Below, piece after piece: positions 1-8,763 of a stretch of DNA of 64,000 bases. How positions within the stretch are numbered: the first letter of the stretch is position 1; every line of letters starts with the position of its first letter. Below the pieces are notes generated by a model, which worked only from the letters and a program-made list of their open reading frames with translations, made no database searches and was not told where the DNA came from. This DNA comes from Candidatus Falkowbacteria bacterium (lineage in GTDB: Bacteria > Patescibacteriota > Patescibacteriia > Patescibacteriales > WJLG01): positions 197,618 to 261,617 of the forward strand of contig CAVVFV010000010.1 of NCBI GenBank assembly GCA_963747695.1. Reading direction: 5' to 3'. The position numbers and the translations under genes were made by a program.

Positions 1-276
1 CTTCTCCTGGAAATAGCGGTCTTAGCGATAATACTGCTGTTGCCGGTGGTATTTGTTAAAAAACCAGTTGTCGCGGAAAGCTACGCCATGAACCGACCGA
101 CGGCCTACACAGCACCGTTGGCGAATGTCGCGGGGAAATATGTATTTTCCCTTGACTCGCTCGGTCAAGGAAGGAACGTTCTGATTTTCTGCCCGGACGG
201 CCAGTCCATTGGGCGGTCGGCACCGACAAGTGCCAAAACAACGCCCTGCTCTCTGTCAGGGGCAACGATACATTGA
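1..276 (+). CDS. hypothetical membrane-anchored protein, C-terminal fragment (open from window edge)
   Basis: Frame 1 is open from nt 1 to the TGA at 274-276. It begins with a hydrophobic helix, LLLEIAVLAIILLLPVVFV. No recognisable domain. Confidence 0.3.
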   Translation, partial: LLLEIAVLAIILLLPVVFVKKPVVAESYAMNRPTAYTAPLANVAGKYVFSLDSLGQGRNVLIFCPDGQSIGRSAPTSAKTTPCSLSGATIH

Positions 277-433
277 GAAGCTGGCTGACAGACCAACATT
301 CGGAGGGCCTGCAGAAAGACTTCGTAATGATCGCGATTGCCCCGATGGAAGTATCGAATTCACGGAAAAGTCGGGATGATCTATGACCCCGCCTGATTGC
401 CAAAGCAAAAAGGAGCGTAAAAACACAACCTAA

Positions 434-461
434 GGGAAGCGCACAATGTCTTCCCTTTTTT
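434..461 (+). terminator. rho-independent terminator-like hairpin
   Basis: GGGAAG-n10-CTTCCC stem followed by TTTTTTATTTT. Confidence 0.6.
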
Positions 462-668
462 ATTTTGCCTAAATGAGATATAATAATACTGATGGTTTAC
501 AATAACCTTCAAAAAAGCCCTTATGAAAAATATTATTAAAATTTTCCCTTGTTTTATCGATAATTTCACATTCGCGATCACGGCAAAATTAGTTTTGGCC
601 GATGACAATATCACGGCACTTGTACTTGCGATCGTATCGGCCAAGATGCTTACGCCGAAGATGCGCCA

Positions 669-1148
669 ATGGGTTGGGTAGCGGATGAAACCGGCGAAAC
701 AGGCATTGACTTGCACGACAGTATCGCCCAAGATGCTTGTGCAAATACGGTTCCGAATGTGGCCGGCAGCGATGCCAGCGGCTGGCGAACAAACTGGACC
801 GGATTGGGCGGTAGCGGCCGACCGGTTCCGGATGAGCGACTCCGGATCAACGCCCGTCCGGATACCGGTACCGTCCCGGCCGTCAATTTGAATAATCCTT
901 TAGGCAATACCGTTACCGTTCCCGGACTGGTTCACAATATTATCAATGCCGCGCTCGGCGTGGTCGGATCATTGGCTTTGGTGATGTTCATCTATGGCGG
1001 CTTCACTTGGATGCTTGCCGCCGGCAACGAACAAGCTGTGGAGAAGGGCCGCAACATTTTGGTCTGGGCGGCGGTCGGCCTGGTCGTCATCTTCGCTTCT
1101 TATTCTTTCGTCAACTTCGTCATCAGCGCCATCACCAGCAGCGGCTAG
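669..1148 (+). CDS. type IV secretion system pilin-like protein (TrbC/VirB2-type, CPR T4SS pilin family)
   Basis: The C-terminal half, NPLGNTVTVPGLVHNIINAALGVVGSLALVMFIYGGFTWMLAAGNEQAVEKGRNILVWAAVGLVVIFASYSFVNFVISAI, has the two-helix pilin signature with the AAGN..KG loop. No in-frame signal peptide is present (see findings). Confidence 0.65.
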   Translation: MGWVADETGETGIDLHDSIAQDACANTVPNVAGSDASGWRTNWTGLGGSGRPVPDERLRINARPDTGTVPAVNLNNPLGNTVTVPGLVHNIINAALGVVGSLALVMFIYGGFTWMLAAGNEQAVEKGRNILVWAAVGLVVIFASYSFVNFVISAITSSG

Positions 1149-1243
1149 GATCAATTAAAATTAAAAATGAAAAATTAACAATTTCTCTAAAAAAACGCCG
1201 GATAATTTCCGATGTTTTTTAAATGATAAAAATTACTCATTAT

Positions 1244-1468
1244 AGCGCGCATTGGAAAATTTTCCGTAATCACGCAGCGTATCATTCCCGCTGGCGGGAA
1301 AGGAAGCCGTGCAAAATTGCGTTGTCCGAAGCCCCGCTTCATTTATTAGGATTTTATAAAGGAAAGCGGGGCAAGTATAGCAATTTTGCTAGGCTTCATA
1401 GCGAAGTGATAGGAAATTTGTCCAGCGCGCGATTTTTTGCGCCACTTTTTTTAAAAAAAGTGGCAAAG
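1244..1468 (+). repeat. copy 1 of a 4-copy structured intergenic repeat family
   Basis: Shares these blocks with 28782-29005, 33640-33822 (reverse) and 59957-60138: GCGCGCATTGGAAAATTTT, CCGTGCAAAATTGCGTTG, TAGCAATTTTGCTAGG, TCCAGCGCGC and GCCACTTTTTT..AAAAAAGTGGCAAA. Confidence 0.9.
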
Positions 1469-1582
1469 ATGTTGATTTGTTCATTAGTAATAATGTCGGT
1501 AATAGACCCTCCCCGTCTCGCCCACGCCCAAGGGGACACGGCGGGCTCGGCACCCCTGCCGTGGAGGGGACTTTTTTTACTT

Positions 1583-2803
1583 CTAACTTCTTACTTTGAC
1601 AAATCCCCGTTTACCTTTCTGAATTAAGACTTCTTTGTCCGCCACCGCCATTTCCGCTTCCCGGTCGCTGACAGTTTGATTATCAACCTTCACGCCGCCC
1701 TGTTCGATCAATCGGCCGGCCTCGCTTTTGGATTTGGCCAAGCCGGCTTCAACCAGAAATCAGTTAATTGATAATTTCCGGCTGACATTTTGAAGACTGG
1801 GATATCAGCCGGTACTTCTTTATTCTGCACCGTGGCTTCAAAACCGCGCTGGGCTTTTACCGCTTCATCTTCGCCGCGGACGTTTTGACGATTTCGAAAG
1901 CCATCATTTTTTTATACTCCATCGGATTGACCCCTTTGGCCATCTCGCTTTTGATTTCTTTGATCGCTTCCAGCGGAACCTCGGTCAATAATTCCAAACC
2001 CATCGCGATATGATCATCGGAATAAGACATCGCTTTGCCGTACATATCAGCGGAAGAATCGACAAATTTATGCCATTGCCCTTAGTCTTGGACATGGTCC
2101 GGCCGTCGGGCGCGTCCATCATCTTGTTGGCGCGGACAAATCTTTCTTTGCCCAAATAAGCCTTGGATAATTCACGCCCGGCCAGCATATTGAAAGTCTG
2201 GTCAGCGCCGGCAATTTCCATATCGACGTTCATCGCCACGCCGTCATAACCTTGCATCAAGGGATAAATAAACTCGTGCAAGCCGATCGGATCGCCGGCC
2301 GCCAGACGGCGATCGAACATATCGCGATCAAGCATCTGCTGCACGGTCATATGCGACATCAATTTGATCACTTCGTCCAGCTTTAATTGCGAAAGCCATT
2401 CATGGTTGCGTTTGAATTGGACGGGATTATCGCCGCCGAAATCAATCAGCTGCGCGGCTTGTTCTTTCCAACCCTGTAAATTTTCTTCGATCTCGGCAAC
2501 GGAAAGCATCTTCCGGCCGGATTCCTTATCCGGGTCGCCAACGCGGGCGGTGTAATCACCGACCAGAAAAATCACTTCATGGCCGAGCTGTTGCAGAATG
2601 CGCATCGCCCGGATACCCATCGCGTGCCCGACGTGCAAAAATTTACCGGTCGGATCATAACCTTGGTAAATGCGCAGCCGCTCGCCCGAATACAATTTTT
2701 CCCGGAAGCCGTCAACGGAGGGATAAATCGCCTCGACGCCGCGGGTTAAGAACTTTTCAATCAATTCTTTGTCGACAATCACTTTGGACATATTTTTTAT
2801 CAA
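1583..2803 (-). pseudogene. tyrS: tyrosyl-tRNA synthetase interrupted by three apparent 1-nt frameshifts
   Basis: Class I motifs HVGH and TMSKTKGN lie in ORF 1985-2803. The DSSADMYGKAMSYSDDH..MAFEIVK continuation is in a second frame (ORF 1857-2045). VRGEDEAVKAQRGFEATVQNKEVPADIPVF is in a third frame. The S4-like tail LVEAGLAKSKSEAGRLIEQGGVKVDNQ..VKVRS ends at the stop at 1583-1585 in a fourth reading segment. Confidence 0.8.
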
Positions 2804-2817
2804 AATTATATTTAGCT

Positions 2818-3585
2818 TTAGTTATTATGGCCGTTCCGCCTGAACAGGAAAGGCAGCTGGCCGAATATTTCCCGCCAGACCTGGCAATAGAGCCAGAAAA
2901 TATTTTGCCGGTATTCATCAGGCTGATAGCGATAGCATTTCGCCGTCTTGACCATTTCCCCTTCCGCGTCAGCCTGTCTGCCCTCGATCGCGGCCAGCGA
3001 GCAGGAACCGGTATTGAAATAATTGATCGCTTTGAAGCACCAAATCTTACCGGCTTGCCGCTGCAGGATGACGGCCGGTAATGCCGAAAGGAGAACCGTG
3101 GCCGGAAGCAGAAAACAAGCTAATTTTTCCGAAAAGCCCGGACGGCCAACCTTGATCTCCCTGGAAAAATCATGCCCGTAAAGCAGGCGATGATTTTTCT
3201 TGATCTCAAAAAGGAATAGATTCCGGCCGACCAATTTGGTCATCAATCTGAGCCGGAAGCTGACCGGCTGGAAAGATTCATTCAATTCATCGCGTCCGAT
3301 AACGATCAGATGAATTCCGCCGAAGCTGTTACTGGCCAAGAAGATCCGCTGGATAAAGGCATTGAGCCGAGTCGGATGGATGCCGAAAATTTTCTCTTGC
3401 GCTCTTACGGCGGCGGCGAAAACTTTTTTGGTATCCCGCTTGCCGGGACAAATGATCAAAAGATCGATATCGGAAATGGCCAGATCTTTTTCGCCGACTC
3501 CGGACCCTAAAACTTCTACAGAAATGATCTTGTCTTTCTGATCTCTGACTAACTCTTCAACAAAAAGTTGTGTTCTGTTTTCCAT
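2818..3585 (-). CDS. nucleotidyltransferase (Pol-beta superfamily) domain protein
   Basis: ATG at 3585. The N-terminal motif VLGSGVGEKDLAISDIDLLII matches the GS..DxD NTase signature. The longer ORF reaching 3774 runs through tRNA-Leu and was rejected. Confidence 0.6.
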   Translation of the reverse strand: MENRTQLFVEELVRDQKDKIISVEVLGSGVGEKDLAISDIDLLIICPGKRDTKKVFAAAVRAQEKIFGIHPTRLNAFIQRIFLASNSFGGIHLIVIGRDELNESFQPVSFRLRLMTKLVGRNLFLFEIKKNHRLLYGHDFSREIKVGRPGFSEKLACFLLPATVLLSALPAVILQRQAGKIWCFKAINYFNTGSCSLAAIEGRQADAEGEMVKTAKCYRYQPDEYRQNIFWLYCQVWREIFGQLPFLFRRNGHNN

Positions 3586-3695
3586 TATTTTATCTGACGG
3601 TGCGGATGGAGAGATTTGTCCGCTACGTCGGCCTTTGACCGCGAGCGGATCCGCGCGCGCCGCATCGCGGCGACGTCGCGGAAACCCGTCTTGTT

Positions 3696-3780
3696 TGGTG
3701 CAGACGGTGGGACTTGAACCCACATGAATTGCTTCACAAGCTCCTAAGGCTTGCGCGTATACCAGTTCCGCCACGTCTGC
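3696..3780 (-). tRNA. tRNA-Leu (anticodon TAG), long variable arm, CCA encoded
   Basis: The reverse complement reads GCAGACG..CAAGC CTTAGGA GCTTG..GTGGGTTCAAGTCCCAC CGTCTGC ACCA and forms a cloverleaf by hand. Confidence 0.9.
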
Positions 3781-3999
3781 GAATTTACTAATCGTTTATC
3801 GGTATTAATTACCTTATTTTTAAGCAAAAAACGACTTCTGTCAATGTTGTTATAAATTAGAAATTGGAAATTTGAGATTAGCCCTCAAAACCAAATATCA
3901 AATTTCCAATTTCCAATTTCAATCTTCATTATATCATATATTTATGTTATAATAACACCATAGACCTAATAATTTATTAATCCACTAATTATCAATTTT

Positions 4000-4362
4000 A
4001 TGGACGAACAAAACCAAAATCCGACGCCGCAAACGCCACCGGCCGCCAATCCCGGCTCGGCCGACGACCGCGATGCGCAAGAAAATAAGTATGTCGCTCT
4101 TTTCTCTTACATCTATATCCTCTTCTTGATCCCGCTCTTGGCCAAGCGCGATTCTAAATTCTGCCAATTCCATGCCAAGCAAGGCCTGGTGCTTTTCGTC
4201 ATCGACATCATCGCCAGCCTGTTTATGTGGATCCCGCTGGTCGGCCAATTACTGATGCTGGCCTTGGCCGTGATCTCGATCATCGGCATCGTCAAAGTCT
4301 TGAACGGCGAATACTGGAAGATCCCCTACATTTATGATTGGTCGGAAAAAATTAAAATCTAA
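4000..4362 (+). CDS. DUF4870-like small membrane protein
   Basis: Pro/Gln-rich N-terminus followed by YIYILFLIPLLAKRDSKFCQFHAKQGLVLFVI and two further TM helices. Confidence 0.5.
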   Translation: MDEQNQNPTPQTPPAANPGSADDRDAQENKYVALFSYIYILFLIPLLAKRDSKFCQFHAKQGLVLFVIDIIASLFMWIPLVGQLLMLALAVISIIGIVKVLNGEYWKIPYIYDWSEKIKI

Positions 4363-4475
4363 TGCTAATTTGCGAATGATGCGAATCTACGAATAACCCA
4401 CCCCGCCTCGCCGGGCTCGGCACCCCTCCCAAGAGGGGAATTCGCGCAATTCGCATCATTAGCGAAATTAGCATT
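4361..4475. repeat. long intergenic palindrome of the gcgaat word family with a GC-rich mini-element in its loop
   Basis: AATGCTAATTTGCGAATGATGCGAAT pairs with ATTCGCATCATTAGCGAAATTAGCATT. The loop carries CCACCCCGCCTCGCCGGGCTCGGCACCCCTCCCAAGAGGGG. Confidence 0.8.
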
Positions 4476-4497
4476 ATCATTAATTAGCATTTAAACT

Positions 4498-6873
4498 ATG
4501 TCAAAGTTTGTCAAATTTTTCAGCGAGCTGCGCATCAAAGACGTGCCGCAGGTAGGCGGCAAGAACGCCTCGCTCGGCGAAATGTACTCCAAGCTGACCC
4601 GCAAAAAAATCCGCGTGCCCAACGGCTTCGCGCTGACGGCCGACGCTTACCGGTATTTTATGGATGAAACCGGATTAAAAAAGCATATCAAGGAAATCCT
4701 CAAAGATCTGGACACCAAAAGCGTCACCAATCTGATGGCGCACGGCAAAGCGGTGCGCGATGCGATTATGCGCGCCGAGCTGCCGGAAGCTTTGGACCGC
4801 GAGATCTTCAGCGCTTATCACAAACTTTGTAAGTCCGAAGGTCGCCCGGTTTTGGATGTCGCCGTCCGTTCCTCGGCCACGGCCGAAGACCTGCCCGACG
4901 CCTCCTTCGCCGGTCAGCAGGAATCGTTCTTGAATATCCGCGGCGAACAGCATCTGCTTTTAGCCGTCAAAGAATGCATCGCTTCGCTCTTCACCAACCG
5001 CGCCATCTCCTATCGCCATGACAAAGGCTTTGATCATTTCAAAGTCGCCTTGTCGGTCGGCGTGCAAAGGATGATCCGATCCGATATCGGCTCAAGCGGT
5101 GTGATGTTCACCATCGACACCGAATCCGGCTTCAAAAATACCGTTTTGATCCATTCCATCTATGGCTTGGGCGAAAATATCGTCCAGGGCCGCGTCAATC
5201 CCGACGAATTCTACGTCTTCAAGCCGAGCGGCGCGATCATTTCCCGCGCGCTGGGCAAAAAGGATCTCCGCTTGATCTATGATGTCGACCGCAACCATCC
5301 CACCAAAAATATTTCCGTGCCGGCGTCTGACCGCAATAAATTTTCTCTCGATGATGCCAACGTGAAATTACTCGCCCGCTGGGGGATGGAGATTGAAAAA
5401 CATTATAACAAGCCGATGGATATCGAGTGGGCGTTCGACGGCCGCGAAAAAAGACTTTACATCATTCAGGCCCGGCCGGAAACCGTGGAGAGCGTCAAGG
5501 ATCCCAACCTCATCGAAAAATACCAACTGGTCAAGGACGGCGAAATCTTGGTGCAAGGGCAATCAGTCGGCTCGAAGATCGGCGCCGGAGTGGTTAACCG
5601 CATCTTGGACGTTTCCGGCATCAAGACTTTCAAGCCCGGACAGGTTTTGGTGACTGATATGACTGATCCGGATTGGGAACCGATCATGAAGATCGCTTCG
5701 GCGATCGTCACCGACAAAGGCGGACGCACTTGCCATGCCGCGATCGTTTCCCGCGAGCTGGGAATTCCTTGCGTCGTCGGCACCAACAATGCGACGCGCA
5801 AATTAGCCACCGGCATGAAAATTACCGTTAATTGCGCCGAAGGCGAACATGGTTATGTCTATAAAGGTATTTTGCCGTTCAAGGTAACTCGGCGCAACGT
5901 CAAGAATCTCAAGCGGCCGAAAACCAAAATAATGATGAACGTCGGCGAACCGGACCTGGCTTTCCAAACTTCGTTCATCCCCAATGACGGCATCGGCCTC
6001 GCCCGCTTGGAATTCATCATTAACAACTCCCTTAAAATTCATCCGCTGGCTTTGCTGAATTTCAACCAGCAAACGCCGGAAGTCAAAGCGCAAATCGAAA
6101 AGATCACCTTCCCTTACAAGGATAAACGGCAATTCTTCATCGATAAGATGGCTGAAGGCGTGGCGACGATCGCCGCATCGGTCTATCCCAAAGATTGCAT
6201 CATCCGCTTGTCGGATTTCAAAACCAACGAATACGCCAACCTGATCGGCGGCAAAAATTACGAACCGGTGGAATCCAATCCGATGATCGGCTGGCGCGGC
6301 GCCAACCGTTATTATACGCCGCGCTTCGTTCCGGCTTTCGATATGGAATGCGAAGCGATGAAAAAAGTCCGCGACGGCATGGGACTCACCAACTTGAAGA
6401 TTATGATCCCGTTCTGCCGCACGATCGAAGAAGGCCAGCGCGTCAAAGGGATCATGGCCCGCCACGGTTTGATCCAAGGCAAAAACGGTTTGCAGATTTA
6501 TGTGATGGCGGAAATTCCGGCTAATATAATTCTCGCGGAAAAATTCGCCCGCGAATTCGACGGCTTTTCCATCGGCTCCAACGATCTCACTCAATTGACG
6601 CTAGGAATCGACCGCGATTCCGGCTCGATGCTCGGCGTTGCCGGCGTCTCTAATGAAAAGAACGAAGCGGTAAAAATATTAATCAAGCGTTTGATCGAAG
6701 TCGGCCATAAAACTAAGACCAAGGTCGGCATCTGCGGCCAGGCGCCGTCCGATTTCCCGGACTTCGTTGAATTCCTGGTCAAACTCGGCATCGATTCAAT
6801 CTCCTTGATCCCCGACACAGTGATCGACACGACGATCAATGTTTTGAAAGTTGAAAAGAAAATTCGAAGATAA
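4498..6873 (+). CDS. ppsA: phosphoenolpyruvate synthase (pyruvate, water dikinase)
   Basis: 791 aa. N-terminal VGGKNASLGEM, phosphohistidine swivel motif GGRTCHAAIVSRELGIPCVVG, and a C-terminal PEP-utilising barrel. Confidence 0.95.
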   Translation: MSKFVKFFSELRIKDVPQVGGKNASLGEMYSKLTRKKIRVPNGFALTADAYRYFMDETGLKKHIKEILKDLDTKSVTNLMAHGKAVRDAIMRAELPEALDREIFSAYHKLCKSEGRPVLDVAVRSSATAEDLPDASFAGQQESFLNIRGEQHLLLAVKECIASLFTNRAISYRHDKGFDHFKVALSVGVQRMIRSDIGSSGVMFTIDTESGFKNTVLIHSIYGLGENIVQGRVNPDEFYVFKPSGAIISRALGKKDLRLIYDVDRNHPTKNISVPASDRNKFSLDDANVKLLARWGMEIEKHYNKPMDIEWAFDGREKRLYIIQARPETVESVKDPNLIEKYQLVKDGEILVQGQSVGSKIGAGVVNRILDVSGIKTFKPGQVLVTDMTDPDWEPIMKIASAIVTDKGGRTCHAAIVSRELGIPCVVGTNNATRKLATGMKITVNCAEGEHGYVYKGILPFKVTRRNVKNLKRPKTKIMMNVGEPDLAFQTSFIPNDGIGLARLEFIINNSLKIHPLALLNFNQQTPEVKAQIEKITFPYKDKRQFFIDKMAEGVATIAASVYPKDCIIRLSDFKTNEYANLIGGKNYEPVESNPMIGWRGANRYYTPRFVPAFDMECEAMKKVRDGMGLTNLKIMIPFCRTIEEGQRVKGIMARHGLIQGKNGLQIYVMAEIPANIILAEKFAREFDGFSIGSNDLTQLTLGIDRDSGSMLGVAGVSNEKNEAVKILIKRLIEVGHKTKTKVGICGQAPSDFPDFVEFLVKLGIDSISLIPDTVIDTTINVLKVEKKIRR

Positions 6874-6880
6874 ATAAAAT

Positions 6881-6913
6881 AAAAAACACCCGGCTAGAAC
6901 CGGGTGTTTTTTA
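6881..6913. terminator. bidirectional terminator hairpin between convergent genes
   Basis: AAAAAACACCCGG-ctagaa-CCGGGTGTTTTTT. Confidence 0.8.
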
Positions 6914-6916
6914 TTT

Positions 6917-8206
6917 CTATTCCTTTAAACGGCTTAATTTATCTTCCGCCTCTTTTATCTGTTCATCCTTGACTCTGGTGGCTAATTTATTATCAGCTAT
7001 TTCCTTCTCGTTATTAACTATATCTCCTGACTCGTAAATAGTCAGCAAACGGCTTTTGAGGATATTTCTTTCGTCCTTCAAGGCGTCAAGCTCTTTCATA
7101 ATGGCGGTTATTTTTTTCTCTTCATCCAATTCCCGAATGGCGTCGGCTGATTCTTCGCCCATATTCTGGATGCTGGCGATAAATCTGTCATTCGGATCTT
7201 TGCTCGTGGCCAAGCCATTCTTATCTTTTCCTTTCTTTTTTTTCATCCTCAAGTTGCCGCCATCGAGCCACGCGCCCATTATCTTATCCGAAGCCGTATC
7301 AAAATCGTCATCGTCATTAATCTTATTTTTTTCCGAAATATCCCCCATCAAAGCTTCATAAAGAGTACAGACGGCACCGCTCATCCAAGCATGGAAAACC
7401 GGCGTGATATTATTTTTTGAACATTCAGCGATCGCCTGGCGCATCGGCTTGGTTAAATGCGCTTTAACCACGGCATCTTCAATATTTATAATTTCTTTGG
7501 CTTTTTCATCGCGAAAAATCTTGTCATGAACCACCTCCAATACCTGATTGATTCCTTTTACCCCATCAGTTTCTCCCTCGATTATAGTTTGCGACTCGCC
7601 AGGGCAACCGAACTCATCGCCGGACTCGTGGATCATCGTCGCATCAAGGCCGAATTTCTTGGCCAGCGCCCCTACCGCCGGATCTTTCAAGACTCTGACC
7701 GGAATCTTAATATATTCATCGCCTTGCTCATGCTTGCCGCCATTCAGATTATTAGTACCTCTTAAAGCGTTCAAGTCCCAACTGATATAAAAAAATTTTT
7801 TTAGATCACTGATCGATGGTTTGCTTTTAAAAAGCTTTCTGATCATATCCTTGATGATCATTTTTTCAAAAGCCTTATTAGGCATCTTAAAATTATCAAG
7901 ATAGGCATCATGAACCTCCTTGGCTTCCGCCTCGGCTTCATTCTTCAAATCCGTCTCAGAAAGCCCCTTTGCTTTCAATCGATCGATCTTTTGCTGTACT
8001 TTTTCCTTAAGCTTTGACGGCAGATGGGCGCAATACTTTTCTACATAGTCATCAAGGTTCATTTCGCGCTTATCTTTCTCTCTTTGGCCGTCATCGGCTA
8101 TTCTCTTTTCGTAGATCAAATCAATCCGCTCTTGCAGTTTTTTTTCTTTTTCTAAGATGCTTTCTGCGGATTCCGCCTTAGCTTCATTATCATTGTTTTC
8201 TAACAT
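6917..8206 (-). CDS. coiled-coil protein with a divergent GGDEF-like (nucleotidyl cyclase fold) core
   Basis: WDLNALRGTNNLNGGKHEQGDEYIK resembles the GGDEF D.D.FK.iND..GH..GD block. HESGDEFG sits at the GGDEF position and VFHAWMSGAV at the SiG position. Flanks are K/E-rich. I prefer the ATG at 8206 over the TTG at 8272. Confidence 0.45.
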   Translation of the reverse strand: MLENNDNEAKAESAESILEKEKKLQERIDLIYEKRIADDGQREKDKREMNLDDYVEKYCAHLPSKLKEKVQQKIDRLKAKGLSETDLKNEAEAEAKEVHDAYLDNFKMPNKAFEKMIIKDMIRKLFKSKPSISDLKKFFYISWDLNALRGTNNLNGGKHEQGDEYIKIPVRVLKDPAVGALAKKFGLDATMIHESGDEFGCPGESQTIIEGETDGVKGINQVLEVVHDKIFRDEKAKEIINIEDAVVKAHLTKPMRQAIAECSKNNITPVFHAWMSGAVCTLYEALMGDISEKNKINDDDDFDTASDKIMGAWLDGGNLRMKKKKGKDKNGLATSKDPNDRFIASIQNMGEESADAIRELDEEKKITAIMKELDALKDERNILKSRLLTIYESGDIVNNEKEIADNKLATRVKDEQIKEAEDKLSRLKE

Positions 8207-8210
8207 ATAT

Positions 8211-8250
8211 TTAAAAAATAAAAGGCAATACGGATTAACTCCGATTGCCT
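8211..8250 (-). terminator. terminator/attenuator-like hairpin between the 84-aa gene and the GGDEF-like gene
   Basis: The minus strand reads AGGCAAT-n14-ATTGCCT followed by TTTATTTTTT. Confidence 0.5.
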
Positions 8251-8255
8251 GATCT

Positions 8256-8510
8256 TCATTTAGCCTTTTCAATTTTGGCGAAAAGTTCGCTAAAGACTTT
8301 TTCTTCCTGTTCCTTAGTGTAGGTTTTGGGGATATAGCTGGGACGATACCCGGCCGAAAATGATCGAAGACCCAGGTTCCGATCTTTCATTTTGGCAACG
8401 CGGGAGCTTGACGCTGCCGCACCGTTTTTTAAACCTTGCTTGCTTTTCACGGCCGAGCCTCCTTTCATTTTCTTTTTTTTGGGTTTATTTTTCATTTTAG
8501 CTTTGGCCAT
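8256..8510 (-). CDS. small lysine-rich basic protein, unknown function
   Basis: 84-aa ORF MAKAKMKNKPKKKKMKGG... directly upstream of the GGDEF-like gene on the same strand. Confidence 0.4.
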   Translation of the reverse strand: MAKAKMKNKPKKKKMKGGSAVKSKQGLKNGAAASSSRVAKMKDRNLGLRSFSAGYRPSYIPKTYTKEQEEKVFSELFAKIEKAK

Positions 8511-8763
8511 AGGTTTGGTGATTGGTTAAGGGGTGGTTTACTTAAATTATAAGCAAATAACGAGTTAAGGTCAAAGTTAGAAAAAAATGCGATTTTTGAA
8601 AAAGATCATTTGTTTTATGGGCATCTTCTTTGAGATGGGGCTGTCTTGAAACTACAATGATTACATAATTATGTCAATCTTGACAAATTATAATAATTAT
8701 GATAGCGTTTAAACAGTTATTTTTCGTTTGCATTCTTACCAACTTAACCGAAAGGAGATAGGT

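Noticed and set aside
355-400. RNase P RNA, because ACGGAAAAGTCGGGAT resembles the GGAAAGTCCGGGC P4 strand
   Set aside because: Only about 100 nt remain before the terminator, and no matching 3' P4 strand or other conserved RNase P blocks were found.
1223-1627. 134-aa plus-strand ORF
   Set aside because: It is the translation of repeat copy 1 plus a GC-rich mini-element. The equivalent ORFs at 28800-28991, 33558-33862 and 59976-60301 have the same origin and no consistent frame.
3586-3774. N-terminal extension of the nucleotidyltransferase ORF (GTG at 3774)
   Set aside because: The extension is the antisense of tRNA-Leu and a GC-rich spacer. An ATG at 3585 gives a normal NTase N-terminus.
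4675-6839. Many antisense or off-frame ORFs inside ppsA; likewise inside valS, pheT, topA, der, the permeases, the LCP gene and folC
   Set aside because: They are fully nested in well-supported long CDS, have Arg/Gly/Asp-rich shadow-frame composition and lack SD sequences.
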